A DNA stretch of 64,000 bases from an uncultured Candidatus Saccharibacteria bacterium (GTDB lineage: Bacteria; Patescibacteriota; Minisyncoccia; Phycocordibacterales; Phycocordibacteraceae). The translations under genes were made by a program, and so were the position numbers. The notes beneath the pieces were generated by a model. The model worked only from the letters and a program-made list of their open reading frames with translations, was not told the origin of the DNA and did not search any database. This document shows, one piece after another, positions 16,526 through 25,911 of this stretch. Where the stretch lies: positions 263,826-327,825 of the forward strand of contig CAYUQB010000001.1 of assembly GCA_964446735.1 (NCBI GenBank), in the 5' to 3' direction. The number at the start of each line of letters is the position of its first letter. Within the stretch, counting starts at the first letter, position 1.

Positions 16526-17863
16526 TTAGGCGGTGACGAACGTGAGCGCCTTACCAGCCTTGCCAGCACGACCCGTGCGGCCAATGCGGTGCGTGTAGTC
16601 CTCGTAGCTACCGGGCAGGTCGTAGTTGATGACATGCGAGACACCCGAGATATCAAGACCGCGTGCTGCCACATCGGTAGCGACGAGTACCTGCACATGA
16701 CCCTGCTTAAAGAGGCCGAGTGCCTTCTGTCGTTTGCCGTGTGTCTTATCACCGTGGATAGAGTCTGCCTTGATGCCGCGTCGTGAGAGGTCGCGAGCGA
16801 GTCGCTCGACACCATGCTTGGTGCGGCCGAAGACGAGTACCTTATCCATGTCTGGTGCGGAAAGAATGTCGACGAGTGTGTCGAATTTGGTATCGCGCGT
16901 CACGTGCACCACATCTTGATCGATGGTGGATGCGGTGTCGCGAGTCTTCACCGATACTCGTACAGGATCCCGGAGAAACTCACCGATGAGCTTTTCAATT
17001 TCTCGATCCATGGTGGCCGAGAAGAAAAGCGTATGGCGCTCCTTGGGCATGAATCCAAGAATGAAACGCATGTCGTTAATGAAGCCCATATCGAGCATGC
17101 GATCGGCCTCGTCGAGAACTACGGTCGAGAATGCGCGGAAGTCGAGCTCCCTGCGTTCGTTAAGGTCCTTGAGTCGTCCAGGGGTTCCGATCACGAATGC
17201 CGGGTTCCGACGAAGCACGCGGATCTGCGGCACGATATTCGCGCCACCGACACAGGTGACGGAAGAAAGCCCAAGGCCCTTCGCGAATCCGAAGAACTCT
17301 GCTTCGATCTGAAGCGCGAGTTCACGAGTAGGAACCATGATGATCACCCGCTCCTCCTTTCCAAGGACACGGAATTTGAGCACTTTATCAATAAGAGGAA
17401 TAAGGAATGATGCCGTTTTTCCGGTACCGGTATTCGCAAGGCCCACGATATCGTGTCCCTTGAGGATGTGCGGAATGGATTGATCCTGAATCGGCGTCGG
17501 GGTGATATAACCCTTCCCGATAATGTTCTCCTTCAGGCGCTCATCGATGGCGAAATCATTGAATGCGTGCTGCGGCTGATATACATCCTCAGCTTCCATC
17601 GGTACCGCTTTATTCACGAGCCGTGAAAGGTCGACTGCCATCTCAGCGATGTTGCCGCGTTTCTTGGGTGCACCGCGACGATCATCGCGGCCACGGCGAG
17701 CTTGAGTATTTCCCCCACCCCGATTCGGACGGGCACGCGAAGGCTCGCGCCGAGGCACGTAGGTAAGAGAAGGCGCTACGGGAAGCGATGCAGCGAACTG
17801 CATGCCTGCTTCGTAGGCATTTGAGGTGCGCGGGCGATTACCCGCACGTTGAGGGCGGCGCAT
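16526..17863 (-). CDS. DEAD-box ATP-dependent RNA helicase with an N-terminal Arg/Gly-rich extension and a very short C-terminus
   Basis: Q-motif, GTGKT, DEAD, SAT and HRIGRTGRAG motifs. The ORF is open to 17941 (TTG). GGAGG lies 5 nt before the ATG at 17863. The protein ends 13 aa after motif VI. Confidence 0.85.
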   Translation of the reverse strand: MRRPQRAGNRPRTSNAYEAGMQFAASLPVAPSLTYVPRREPSRARPNRGGGNTQARRGRDDRRGAPKKRGNIAEMAVDLSRLVNKAVPMEAEDVYQPQHAFNDFAIDERLKENIIGKGYITPTPIQDQSIPHILKGHDIVGLANTGTGKTASFLIPLIDKVLKFRVLGKEERVIIMVPTRELALQIEAEFFGFAKGLGLSSVTCVGGANIVPQIRVLRRNPAFVIGTPGRLKDLNERRELDFRAFSTVVLDEADRMLDMGFINDMRFILGFMPKERHTLFFSATMDREIEKLIGEFLRDPVRVSVKTRDTASTIDQDVVHVTRDTKFDTLVDILSAPDMDKVLVFGRTKHGVERLARDLSRRGIKADSIHGDKTHGKRQKALGLFKQGHVQVLVATDVAARGLDISGVSHVINYDLPGSYEDYTHRIGRTGRAGKAGKALTFVTA

Positions 17864-18142
17864 AGCGCCTCCTCGAGGTTTTGATTGTTGCATAACTGGT
17901 CGTTGGTCTTGTTCCGCTCGATGCGGAAGAATAATGCGCAACGGTCTCGAGATTGTTTCAGGGCGCGCGATATGTCGCCACTGGTCTCGAGTTGTTACCG
18001 CATGGGAACCTCAAGACAGCTAACCTGTGGAGTACTGTTGCCTTCATACTGTAGCACGCATGCTACGATATCGCAATCTCTTCGCAGTGTGCAGCGCACG
18101 TCCCGCTCGCTGAGACATGCGCTGCACACTGGGAAGAACGGT

Positions 18143-18448
18143 CTAGGTACCGCGGCGTTTTCGCGTCGCGGCTGCCTTTTTGGCTGACGCTTTTCGGGCT
18201 GCTTTGGGGCGCTTGGCAGAAGCCGCACCACCCTTGCGCCCACCTTTTTTCATAGGACTGCGATTCTCCTTGGAAGCAGGTCGTCCCGATCCGCCAAGCC
18301 TCCCACCACCTGAAATCTTGTTCTCAGTGGCCCAGGCGCGGCGTTCGGCCTCGTCTTCGGGTACTCCGCGAGCTTTGTACCCTTCCTCGATATGCTCGGC
18401 CCTGCGCTTTTGCTTGGCCGTGTACTTCGATTTATCCCCGCGAGCCAT
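18143..18448 (-). CDS. Small basic protein with a histone H1-like Lys/Ala-rich tail
   Basis: 101 aa. N-terminal KYTAKQKRRAEHIEEGY. C-terminal KKGGRKGGAASAKRPKAARKASAKKAAATRKRR. Confidence 0.5.
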   Translation of the reverse strand: MARGDKSKYTAKQKRRAEHIEEGYKARGVPEDEAERRAWATENKISGGGRLGGSGRPASKENRSPMKKGGRKGGAASAKRPKAARKASAKKAAATRKRRGT

Positions 18449-18505
18449 ACCTGCTTCTTAGGGAATTACGAGCATACCATCCGGAGTGTTTCCCTGCATC
18501 TCATT

Positions 18506-18658
18506 TTACGCTACCGGATTACGTCCTTGAATAAGGCGGATGAGAACCAGGATTATGGCTGCAACGAGCAGGAGATGGATGAAACCGCCGATGGTGTACG
18601 AGCTCACCAGTCCGAGTGCCCAAAGTACGAGGAGGATGACTGCAATAGTGATTAGCAT
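18506..18658 (-). CDS. Lmo0937-family small membrane protein (50 aa). Not in the ORF track.
   Basis: Hand translation gives MLITIAVILLVLWALGLVSSYTIGGFIHLLLVAAIILVLIRLIQGRNPVA. It matches the conserved Lmo0937/DUF5670 pattern. Confidence 0.7.
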   Translation of the reverse strand: MLITIAVILLVLWALGLVSSYTIGGFIHLLLVAAIILVLIRLIQGRNPVA

Positions 18659-18795
18659 GGCACGGAAATGTTAGTGCTTCCGATAACGAAGACGCTGGAA
18701 CGCCTTGGAGCTTACTTGTACGAAAAGGTGAGAGAAGAAACGATGAAGGGCGCCGACCTTGCGGTGGCGCCCTCTCGTACAAACTCGTACAGGAA

Positions 18796-19926
18796 CTAGT
18801 TGGCGTGGAGCATCGGGTTGAGCTCGACCGCCTTGGTGTTCGCGCGCGCTTCGAGCGTGCCGTCGTGAGCACGCACGAAGAGGAGCCCATTCTGCCCGGA
18901 AAGCTCGTGCCCCTTCGCGACTCGGACGAACACTCCTTTCGCATCGACGAGCATCACGTCGCTCTTGGGCATCACGTAGACGCCCGCGGCGACGATGCAG
19001 TCGTCACCAAGCGAGATGCCGGTGCCGGCGAGCGCTCCGATCAGGGTGCGTTCCCCGATCTCGACGACCACCTTGCTGCCGCCGGACATGGTGCCCTGGA
19101 TAGATCCAGCACCACCCACGTCCGATCCGTCACCAACGATGACGCCCTGGCTCACCCGTCCCTCGATCATCGCCTTCCCGCGGGTGCCCGCGTTGAAGTT
19201 GACGAACCCGGACGGCATGACGGTGGTGCCATCGCCCAGATACGCGCCGAGCCGAACCCGGGCAGTGTCGGCGACGCGGACACCGGGAGGCACGACATAG
19301 TCGAGCATGTGCGGCAGCTTGTCGACTCCGTAGACGCGAAGCGTCTGGGCGCGCAAGCGCGCAGACAACTGCGCTTCGGCGACCTCCTCGGGCAGCATGG
19401 CGCCCTCGGACGTCCACGCCACGTTCGGAAGGAGCGCCATGATGCCTGCGGTGACCTTGAGGCTCCACGGCAGCACGAACCGATGGCTCATCAGGTGCAG
19501 ACGCAGGTAGATGTCCGGCACGCCTTGGGGACCGTCGTCAGTGTCTCCGCCGCCGATGAACGAGACGACCACACACCGGCGACGATCGGCGACGACCAGA
19601 TCGCGCAAACGCCGAAGCACTTCCACGTTGGCGTGCGTCTTGTCGTTTTCATCGATCCACGCGAAGTACTCCAGCGCGGTGCGCAACGCTCCGTAGTCAA
19701 GGTGGCAGGAACTCGTCCCACGCTTGTAGCCGACGACACTGGCGAGCACGGCAGCAGTGCCGTAGTTCTGCTCGTAGTTCGGGAACGGGTAGTAGGTGTC
19801 CAGGTAACGCCCATGCTTGAGCTGGGCGATGCCGATGCCGAACGCGAGCGGACGTTGGTAGTCCGGATCTGACTCGGTCTTTTCAACGAAGGCTTGAAAC
19901 TCCGTCTTGGTCGACAGTACCGTCAT
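18796..19926 (-). CDS. dapD: Actinobacterial-type DapD, 2,3,4,5-tetrahydropyridine-2,6-dicarboxylate N-succinyltransferase
   Basis: Close match to mycobacterial/corynebacterial DapD: YLRLHLMSHR, VYGVDKLPHMLDYVVPPGVRVAD, hexapeptide LbH repeats, C-terminal HAN. Local GC is roughly 65%. Confidence 0.75.
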   Translation of the reverse strand: MTVLSTKTEFQAFVEKTESDPDYQRPLAFGIGIAQLKHGRYLDTYYPFPNYEQNYGTAAVLASVVGYKRGTSSCHLDYGALRTALEYFAWIDENDKTHANVEVLRRLRDLVVADRRRCVVVSFIGGGDTDDGPQGVPDIYLRLHLMSHRFVLPWSLKVTAGIMALLPNVAWTSEGAMLPEEVAEAQLSARLRAQTLRVYGVDKLPHMLDYVVPPGVRVADTARVRLGAYLGDGTTVMPSGFVNFNAGTRGKAMIEGRVSQGVIVGDGSDVGGAGSIQGTMSGGSKVVVEIGERTLIGALAGTGISLGDDCIVAAGVYVMPKSDVMLVDAKGVFVRVAKGHELSGQNGLLFVRAHDGTLEARANTKAVELNPMLHAN

Positions 19927-20056
19927 GAGTGCGTCCCTCCTCGGGGCTATCTAGAACAGGTTCAACCGGTGCGGTTGCCCGCGCGCATAAAAACACGCTT
20001 TCCATGGCAAGGCAATGATTCAGGGCGCGGCATTGCTGCCGCGCCCTTGACCCATT

Positions 20057-20461
20057 TCATTCGCTTCCCCGGAGCCGATACTCGATTTCGGCGCTGTCGG
20101 CGATGCGAAGCAGGTCGATGAAGAACTGCTTGCCTACTTCGATCTGCCAGCGTTCCGCGTAGTGCTCTTCGGCGGCTCGCCTGAAGCTCGATTCGAGAAC
20201 GGGACTCCGGTCGCGATGCTTCCCCATACAGGTGAAGCAGTGCTGCAGGAAGAAGCGATGTTCTCTGTTCTGCGGCATCGCGCTCTGCACCCAGAGCTTC
20301 CGGCCCTCCTTGTAGAAGGTGACCTTCTCGATGAGCAACCGGTCTTCCGGCAGATCATCGATGGCATCAGCGGGGATACCCCACTGGGCCATGAGCTTCA
20401 ATAGGTTGTTCCGATAGGCCATCAGCCCCTCCGTTTTCCACTCAGCACGAGTGTACAACAC
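20057..20461 (-). CDS. Hypothetical protein (121-134 aa)
   Basis: ORF immediately upstream of dapD in the same GC-rich patch. No recognisable motif. The start may be the internal MAYRNN. Confidence 0.4.
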   Translation of the reverse strand: MLYTRAEWKTEGLMAYRNNLLKLMAQWGIPADAIDDLPEDRLLIEKVTFYKEGRKLWVQSAMPQNREHRFFLQHCFTCMGKHRDRSPVLESSFRRAAEEHYAERWQIEVGKQFFIDLLRIADSAEIEYRLRGSE

Positions 20462-20478
20462 TAACTCTTAAAGTCAAT

Positions 20479-22266
20479 CTATGCCCTACGTGCCCGTGCC
20501 CGCTCTGTTTCAGTAAGAAATTGTTTTCGCAGTCGCACGCTTGCGGGAGTGATTTCGAGATACTCGTCCTCTGCCATAACTTCAAGGCCACGCTCAATGG
20601 TGAGCGTATAGGGAGGAACGAGGTTGATCGCTTCGTCGTTACCAGAGGAACGCACGTTCGTAAGGTTCTTTCCCTTGGTGGGGTTCACCATCATCTCCTC
20701 ACCCTTTGAGGTGTTGCCGATCACTTGACCCTCATACACATCAACGGCTGGACCGATATAGAGCACACCACGCTCCTGGAGTCCCCAGAGCGCGTACCCA
20801 AGAGCTTTTCCAGCTGCCATCGAAACCATGGAGCCCACCTGACGCTTTTTGATATCGCCTGCAAATGATTTAAATCCAATGACACGGGAAGAAAGAATAC
20901 CTTCGCCCTTCGTATCGATGACAAATTGGTTACGGTATCCAAGAAGCCCACGGGTCGGTCCTTCGAGAGTGAGACGGACTTGAGTGTCGTGCTGGACAAG
21001 ATTCTGAAGCACGAATCCGCGCTGCCCAAGCTTCTCGATAATTGCACCCTGGAATTCCGAAGGCGTATCGATGATGACTTCTTCGAATGGTTCTTCCTTA
21101 ACGCCATTATTCTCATGAATGATGACTTGAGGCTGAGAGACCTGCATTTCATAGCCGGCACGGCGCATGTTCTCAAGGAGAATGGCGATATGGAGCTCGC
21201 CTCGCCCCGATACTTTAAAGTTATCCGGCGATACGAAATCAACCTTAAGTCCCACGTTCACCTCAAGCTCTCGTTCAAGGTATTCGCGCAACTGACGACT
21301 GGTGACGTACTTCCCTTCCTTCCCAGCAAATGGTGAGTTGTTCACAAGGAACGAGAGTGTGATGGTTGGTTCATCGATAGCGATAGCAGGAAGTGGTTCT
21401 GCAGCAGCATCAGTGGTGATGGTCTCACCAATGAAGATGTCAGGGAGTCCTGCGACGATGACAATGTCGCCCGCCTCTGCTGAGGGCACGTCGACACGTT
21501 CAACACCCTTAAAGGTGAAGACTTTCGTAAGTTTGCCGGTGCGTGCTTCTCCGGTCGGCTTCTTCACCGTTACCGCATCGGTTGCCTTCACCACTCCCTC
21601 GTACACACGACAAATGGCGAGCCGTCCGAGGAAATTGTCATAGGCAAGATTAAATGCCTGGAGTTTGGCAGGCTTCCCTTTGGCGTCTTCAGCTGAAGCA
21701 GGAGGCACGAGCTCAAGAATGGTATCGAGCAGTGGGGTGAGATCGGTGCGCTCATCATCGAGATGCTTCATTGCAACGCCTTCACGTCCAATGGCATACA
21801 CCGTCCTAAAATCAGACTGGGCATCGGATGCGCCTAGTTCAAGGAAAAGCTCAAGTACCTGTTCTTCAGCCTGCGCAGGGTTTGCTGCTGGTTTGTCGAT
21901 CTTATTAAGGACCACGATGGGCTTGAGCCCGAGCTCAAGCGATTTCTTAAGTACGAAACGTGTCTGAGGCATGGGACCTTCCTGGGCATCAACTACCAGG
22001 AGCACCGAATCGATGGAACGTAGCACGCGTTCCACTTCGCTGCCGAAATCAGCGTGTCCTGGGGTATCCACGATGTTGATCTTGGTCCCCTTATATTCAA
22101 TGGACGTGTTTTTGGAGTAGATGGTGATCCCACGCTCCTGTTCAAGCGTGTTGGAATCCATGGACACACCCTCGGCCACTGCGCCTGTTTGGCGCATCAA
22201 CGCATCGGTAAGGGTTGTCTTACCGTGGTCCACATGGGCGATGATAGCTATGTTGCGTATTTCCAT
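20479..22266 (-). CDS. typA: Translational GTPase TypA/BipA
   Basis: [17 protein letters not shown] and NKID G-motifs. EF-G-like domains. ATG at 22266 ([18 protein letters not shown]). Confidence 0.9.
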   Translation of the reverse strand: MEIRNIAIIAHVDHGKTTLTDALMRQTGAVAEGVSMDSNTLEQERGITIYSKNTSIEYKGTKINIVDTPGHADFGSEVERVLRSIDSVLLVVDAQEGPMPQTRFVLKKSLELGLKPIVVLNKIDKPAANPAQAEEQVLELFLELGASDAQSDFRTVYAIGREGVAMKHLDDERTDLTPLLDTILELVPPASAEDAKGKPAKLQAFNLAYDNFLGRLAICRVYEGVVKATDAVTVKKPTGEARTGKLTKVFTFKGVERVDVPSAEAGDIVIVAGLPDIFIGETITTDAAAEPLPAIAIDEPTITLSFLVNNSPFAGKEGKYVTSRQLREYLERELEVNVGLKVDFVSPDNFKVSGRGELHIAILLENMRRAGYEMQVSQPQVIIHENNGVKEEPFEEVIIDTPSEFQGAIIEKLGQRGFVLQNLVQHDTQVRLTLEGPTRGLLGYRNQFVIDTKGEGILSSRVIGFKSFAGDIKKRQVGSMVSMAAGKALGYALWGLQERGVLYIGPAVDVYEGQVIGNTSKGEEMMVNPTKGKNLTNVRSSGNDEAINLVPPYTLTIERGLEVMAEDEYLEITPASVRLRKQFLTETERARARRA

Positions 22267-22325
22267 ACAAAAAGAGGCCTCGCGGCCCTTCTCCTCACCA
22301 TACTGCATAGAATGCTTCTGAGCAA

Positions 22326-23333
22326 TCAGCGCAAATACCGCTTTATATTCGCAAGGTGTCCCGAGTACGTTGGCGAGCAGTGGATCCTGCCCTGAGTATC
22401 ATGCAAATAAAAGAGGCAGTTCGTGGTTTCGGGATTAAGCGCAGCATTGATCGCAGTGAGTCCGGGGCTTGCGATCGGGTGTGGCGGGAGTCCGGTGCGC
22501 TTGTACGTATTAAAGGGAGAGTCTGGGTATGTCCCTGCTGCCTTGGGACGCGGCCACCAGCCGTTTTCAGAAGAACCTTCTATATATTGGAGCGTCGCAT
22601 CAAGTGCGAGCGGCATTCCCTTTTGCATGCGCTTCTCAATGACTCCCGCGATGATGGGCATGTCAGAGGCGGTACCAGTCTCTCGCTGAATTAGTGACGC
22701 GATGGTAAGGACACGCGTCCAGGGAATTCCTTTGGCAAGCGCTTCATCAGCATACGGCGCGAATGCTTCTTTAAACCGATCCCGCATACGCTGAGCAATT
22801 ACGGCAGGTGCTTCATCGGTGGGAATGAGATAGGTATCGGGAAAGTAGACTCCTTCGATGTACGCAGGGCTCGTGGAGGCAGTTGCCGCTTCCCACGCGA
22901 GAGTATCTTCAGCAGTCCATCCAAGCGATGTACTCAGTAAGTCGCCGAGCTCTTCCTTACGCATCCCCACTGGCACCGTTACCCACGCAACATACGGAGG
23001 TGCAACGAGTGCATCAGCAATCGTCCATGCATCCATGGATTGTGAAAGCTCGTACCCGCCTGGACGAATCGACCTGCCGTACGACTCACGCAGATATGCG
23101 AGATGGAATATCCACGGGGACCGCACATACCCAGCGTCAGTGAGCTTCTGTGCCACCACCGAGAGTGAGTCCTCGGGTGTTACGAGAAATTGTTCTTTGC
23201 TAGCAGATGCATCAGTCGGTCCGAATGCACGTGCGTAGAAGAGTGCAGAAAGCACGAGGAGGAGCGCACCTGCACCAAGTACAAGTATGAGCGTGCGGCC
23301 GGTACGCGGCGTGCGTGTAGCGGAACCCGTCAT
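22326..23333 (-). CDS. mltG: Endolytic murein transglycosylase MltG (YceG-like)
   Basis: N-terminal TM helix. YceG domain with C-terminal LYFL..G...F and HIKRYL-like motifs. Start taken at MTGS (23333) to avoid overlap with the upstream helicase gene. Confidence 0.75.
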   Translation of the reverse strand: MTGSATRTPRTGRTLILVLGAGALLLVLSALFYARAFGPTDASASKEQFLVTPEDSLSVVAQKLTDAGYVRSPWIFHLAYLRESYGRSIRPGGYELSQSMDAWTIADALVAPPYVAWVTVPVGMRKEELGDLLSTSLGWTAEDTLAWEAATASTSPAYIEGVYFPDTYLIPTDEAPAVIAQRMRDRFKEAFAPYADEALAKGIPWTRVLTIASLIQRETGTASDMPIIAGVIEKRMQKGMPLALDATLQYIEGSSENGWWPRPKAAGTYPDSPFNTYKRTGLPPHPIASPGLTAINAALNPETTNCLFYLHDTQGRIHCSPTYSGHLANIKRYLR

Positions 23334-23338
23334 TGCTC

Positions 23339-25015
23339 TTATTTTACCCTGGCCTGCTTCCCGCACAGGATGCGTGCAAGCTTCAGATCGTCGTACGTAT
23401 ATTTGCCATTTAGCCGGTGAAAGATGGGAGCAAGACGCTCTTGCCCCAGTGCATCGAATGCCTCTTCGATCTCAGGGAGCGCTGCAACTAAGCGAGCCGG
23501 TATTAGAGAAAGGAGTGCGGCAGGTTCAAGCCTTCCCGAGGCGATAAGGCGTTCGGCATGATCAGCGACGGTAGCGATGGTGAGCGAACGCGCTTTCGCA
23601 ATATCAATAAGTGGTACTCCTTCGGTGATGAGCGTGTGTGTCTCATCGTAGGTGGTCCGCCGAGCGGGCTTGCCGGTCTTTGAACGTTCCATCGTACCGC
23701 CAGACGCGAGTATGAAATTGCGGTGCATGTCGGTAAGATCACCATCTTCTCGAAGAGTTTCGAATGCCTCTGCGGCTGCCATCGACTCCTCACGAAAACG
23801 CTCGTCCATCCGCGAGACTTCGGGATGCACCAAGGTTGCTTCCTCTCGCCAGCCCAGCACCGTAAGTCCTGAGAGCGTACGTACTCGAGACAACGCAACA
23901 TAGCCTTGCCCGTATTCGAAGGTGCGCGAGAGATCTACCGCAGCCGCATCCATGCTCATTCCCTGACTTTTGTGTACGGTGATAGCCCACGCAAGTCGCA
24001 GCGGTATCTGCGTTACCTTCGCACGCACCTTCCCCTGTTCCTCAAGTGCCCAGTCCACCGAGGTGATGGTGAGTTCGCGATCGTCACGCGTTTGAATGAT
24101 GGGTTCTCCAGAGCCACGGGCAAAGCCAATGACCACACCGAGCGTGCCGTTTACATAGCCAGCAGGCGAATTGTTCTTCGTGCACATAACAATGGCTCCC
24201 TCCTTAAGAACGAGCGTTTCTGGTGAAAGACAGCCGCGACGAAGCGAATCTGTGAGCACCTCAGGGCCCGTGGCACTCATGCGATACGTGCGTGATGCGC
24301 CGGGAAGCGTTGCGAGCTGCTCCTCATTGATTCGATCCACATCCGCGTTATGGGTGTAGAGCCGCGGTATGTCCGTATCAAGTTCAAGGGGATCGCCTTC
24401 GCGCGTAAGAACTGTTGATGCATGCGTATGATCAAAGCTTCCGTCGCGGATAGCACGCAGGAGCTCACGATAGGTGTCGTCCGCCTGACGATGTTGTTCG
24501 GTGAGATAGCAAATGAGTGGAGTCGCTGCACGCCAGGCAAGCGATGCAAAAGCGAACTCTGCCGGCGCACCCGCTCTCGTAACGGGCGGGAGTTGGAAGA
24601 AATCTCCTGAGAGCACGACTTGCACCCCACCGAAGGCACGGCTATCGCGACGCACTTCTCGAAGTACCGCATCCACCATGGAAAGCGCAGCACCTGAAAG
24701 CATCGAGATCTCATCGATGATGAGTACCTTGGTTTTATTGATACGTCGTACGACATGTTCCTTACTTGCGATCCGATCAAGATCTGTGGGGAGTAGCTCC
24801 TCAAGCACGCCGATGCCACTCCAGGCATGGATGGTCATCCCTCCCACGTGGGTAGCAGCGATGCCGGTTGAGGCAGTGATGGCAGGTTCGATACCGTGGC
24901 TCCGCAGCCAGGCGATATAGCTCTGTAGCGTGTGGGTCTTACCGCTTCCCGGTTCACCCGTGAGGAAGACATTCGCGCCGGTCTTAAGAATCTCAAGTGC
25001 TTCGGCCTGCGTCAT
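23339..25015 (-). CDS. Pif1-family (RecD-like SF1B) DNA helicase with a C-terminal extension
   Basis: GEPGSGKT Walker A, LIIDEISML Walker B, and VVLSGDFFQLPPV Pif1 signature. Confidence 0.8.
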   Translation of the reverse strand: MTQAEALEILKTGANVFLTGEPGSGKTHTLQSYIAWLRSHGIEPAITASTGIAATHVGGMTIHAWSGIGVLEELLPTDLDRIASKEHVVRRINKTKVLIIDEISMLSGAALSMVDAVLREVRRDSRAFGGVQVVLSGDFFQLPPVTRAGAPAEFAFASLAWRAATPLICYLTEQHRQADDTYRELLRAIRDGSFDHTHASTVLTREGDPLELDTDIPRLYTHNADVDRINEEQLATLPGASRTYRMSATGPEVLTDSLRRGCLSPETLVLKEGAIVMCTKNNSPAGYVNGTLGVVIGFARGSGEPIIQTRDDRELTITSVDWALEEQGKVRAKVTQIPLRLAWAITVHKSQGMSMDAAAVDLSRTFEYGQGYVALSRVRTLSGLTVLGWREEATLVHPEVSRMDERFREESMAAAEAFETLREDGDLTDMHRNFILASGGTMERSKTGKPARRTTYDETHTLITEGVPLIDIAKARSLTIATVADHAERLIASGRLEPAALLSLIPARLVAALPEIEEAFDALGQERLAPIFHRLNGKYTYDDLKLARILCGKQARVK

Positions 25016-25106
25016 ACCTCCATGCTACACGTACTTCGCTTGATTGCGGAAGGATATTCCATATCCCCAACACTAGCGTGTAGGTGGCTGTAGCGATGGT
25101 GAAGAA

Positions 25107-25790
25107 CTAGTAGCCGTCCATGCGTGCAAGACAGGTGCGGTCGTAGTAGCAGCGGTAGTCACGCGCGTAGGAATCTTGATACTGATAGCGATTATCGTAG
25201 CGGTCGTACTCGGTTCGGCGATAGGGATCTCCACAGGATCCTTGCCACCTACCATTGAGGTAATAGCAGGTATCTCCCGGACCGTTATACGTTGATCCGC
25301 CGCCCCAATATGGTCCTACGTATGAGCCATCTTGATAACAACTTCGATCGTAGTAGTTGGTACACCCGCTTCGTTGCTGGTAATAGGGATCGTTCGATCG
25401 ATAGGAATAGTCGGAGGAATAGTCTTCGCGGTACTCATCCCGATAATTCCGGTAGCCGCACGAGAGTTCTTCGATTCGGTCGCGGGTACGCGAGTCAACT
25501 ACTCCCGTGGTCGGCAGACCTTCATCGCGCTGAAAGCGAGTGAGAGCGGTCTGCGTGGAGCGACCGAAGTAGCCCGTAGTGTTTCCGCGCAAGTACCCTT
25601 CTTGCATCAGAAAATGCTGGAGCAGTGCAACGTCGGAGGACTCACTTCCATAGGAGAGGTTCGCAGAGATAACAATACAGGCTGCGGGCGGTTGGTACTG
25701 GGGCGGATGGTGCGTATACCCCCACCCGCCCGCAGCAGCAAGCGGGAGTACGGCGACCGTAGCGACACGATGAATGATGAAGGGCTCCAT
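25107..25790 (-). CDS. Secreted peptidoglycan-binding-domain protein with a Tyr/Asp/Arg-rich, 8-Cys low-complexity C-terminal region
   Basis: Signal peptide. PG_binding_1-like VALLQHFLMQEGYL...TALTRFQRDEGL. Then about 120 aa of YYDR/RYQY repeats. Confidence 0.6.
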   Translation of the reverse strand: MEPFIIHRVATVAVLPLAAAGGWGYTHHPPQYQPPAACIVISANLSYGSESSDVALLQHFLMQEGYLRGNTTGYFGRSTQTALTRFQRDEGLPTTGVVDSRTRDRIEELSCGYRNYRDEYREDYSSDYSYRSNDPYYQQRSGCTNYYDRSCYQDGSYVGPYWGGGSTYNGPGDTCYYLNGRWQGSCGDPYRRTEYDRYDNRYQYQDSYARDYRCYYDRTCLARMDGY

Positions 25791-25911
25791 AGATAATCAG
25801 TTATACGGATACAGGTTTCGGCGTCAAAAGTATGCTGCGGATCTCATGAAGAGCGTAGGAAGGCACAAACCCTGGATATTTGGCCGTTTTTATCTTATAC
25901 TGCCGCTATCT

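Noticed and set aside
16814-17410. 198-aa plus-strand ORF inside the DEAD-box helicase gene, plus 16465..16815 on the minus strand
   Set aside because: Antisense or overlapping to a gene with complete helicase motifs. No independent signals.
18805-19872. 355-aa plus-strand ORF antisense to dapD, plus the 33814..34524 and 34202..35086 ORFs over purB
   Set aside because: Shadow ORFs opposite strongly conserved, high-GC genes. Their translations are R/A/G-rich with no motifs.
22267-22325. Weak hairpin (GGCC palindrome plus a T5 run) between mltG and typA
   Set aside because: The stem is only 4-5 bp, not convincing as a terminator. The genes may be co-transcribed.
25774-25911. Upstream extension of the MFP gene (MMKGSIDNQLYGYRF...)
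   Set aside because: It overlaps the divergent promoter region with gene 25107..25790. The internal ATG at 25912, preceded by a -10-like TATACT, gives a normal MFP N-terminus with a TM anchor.
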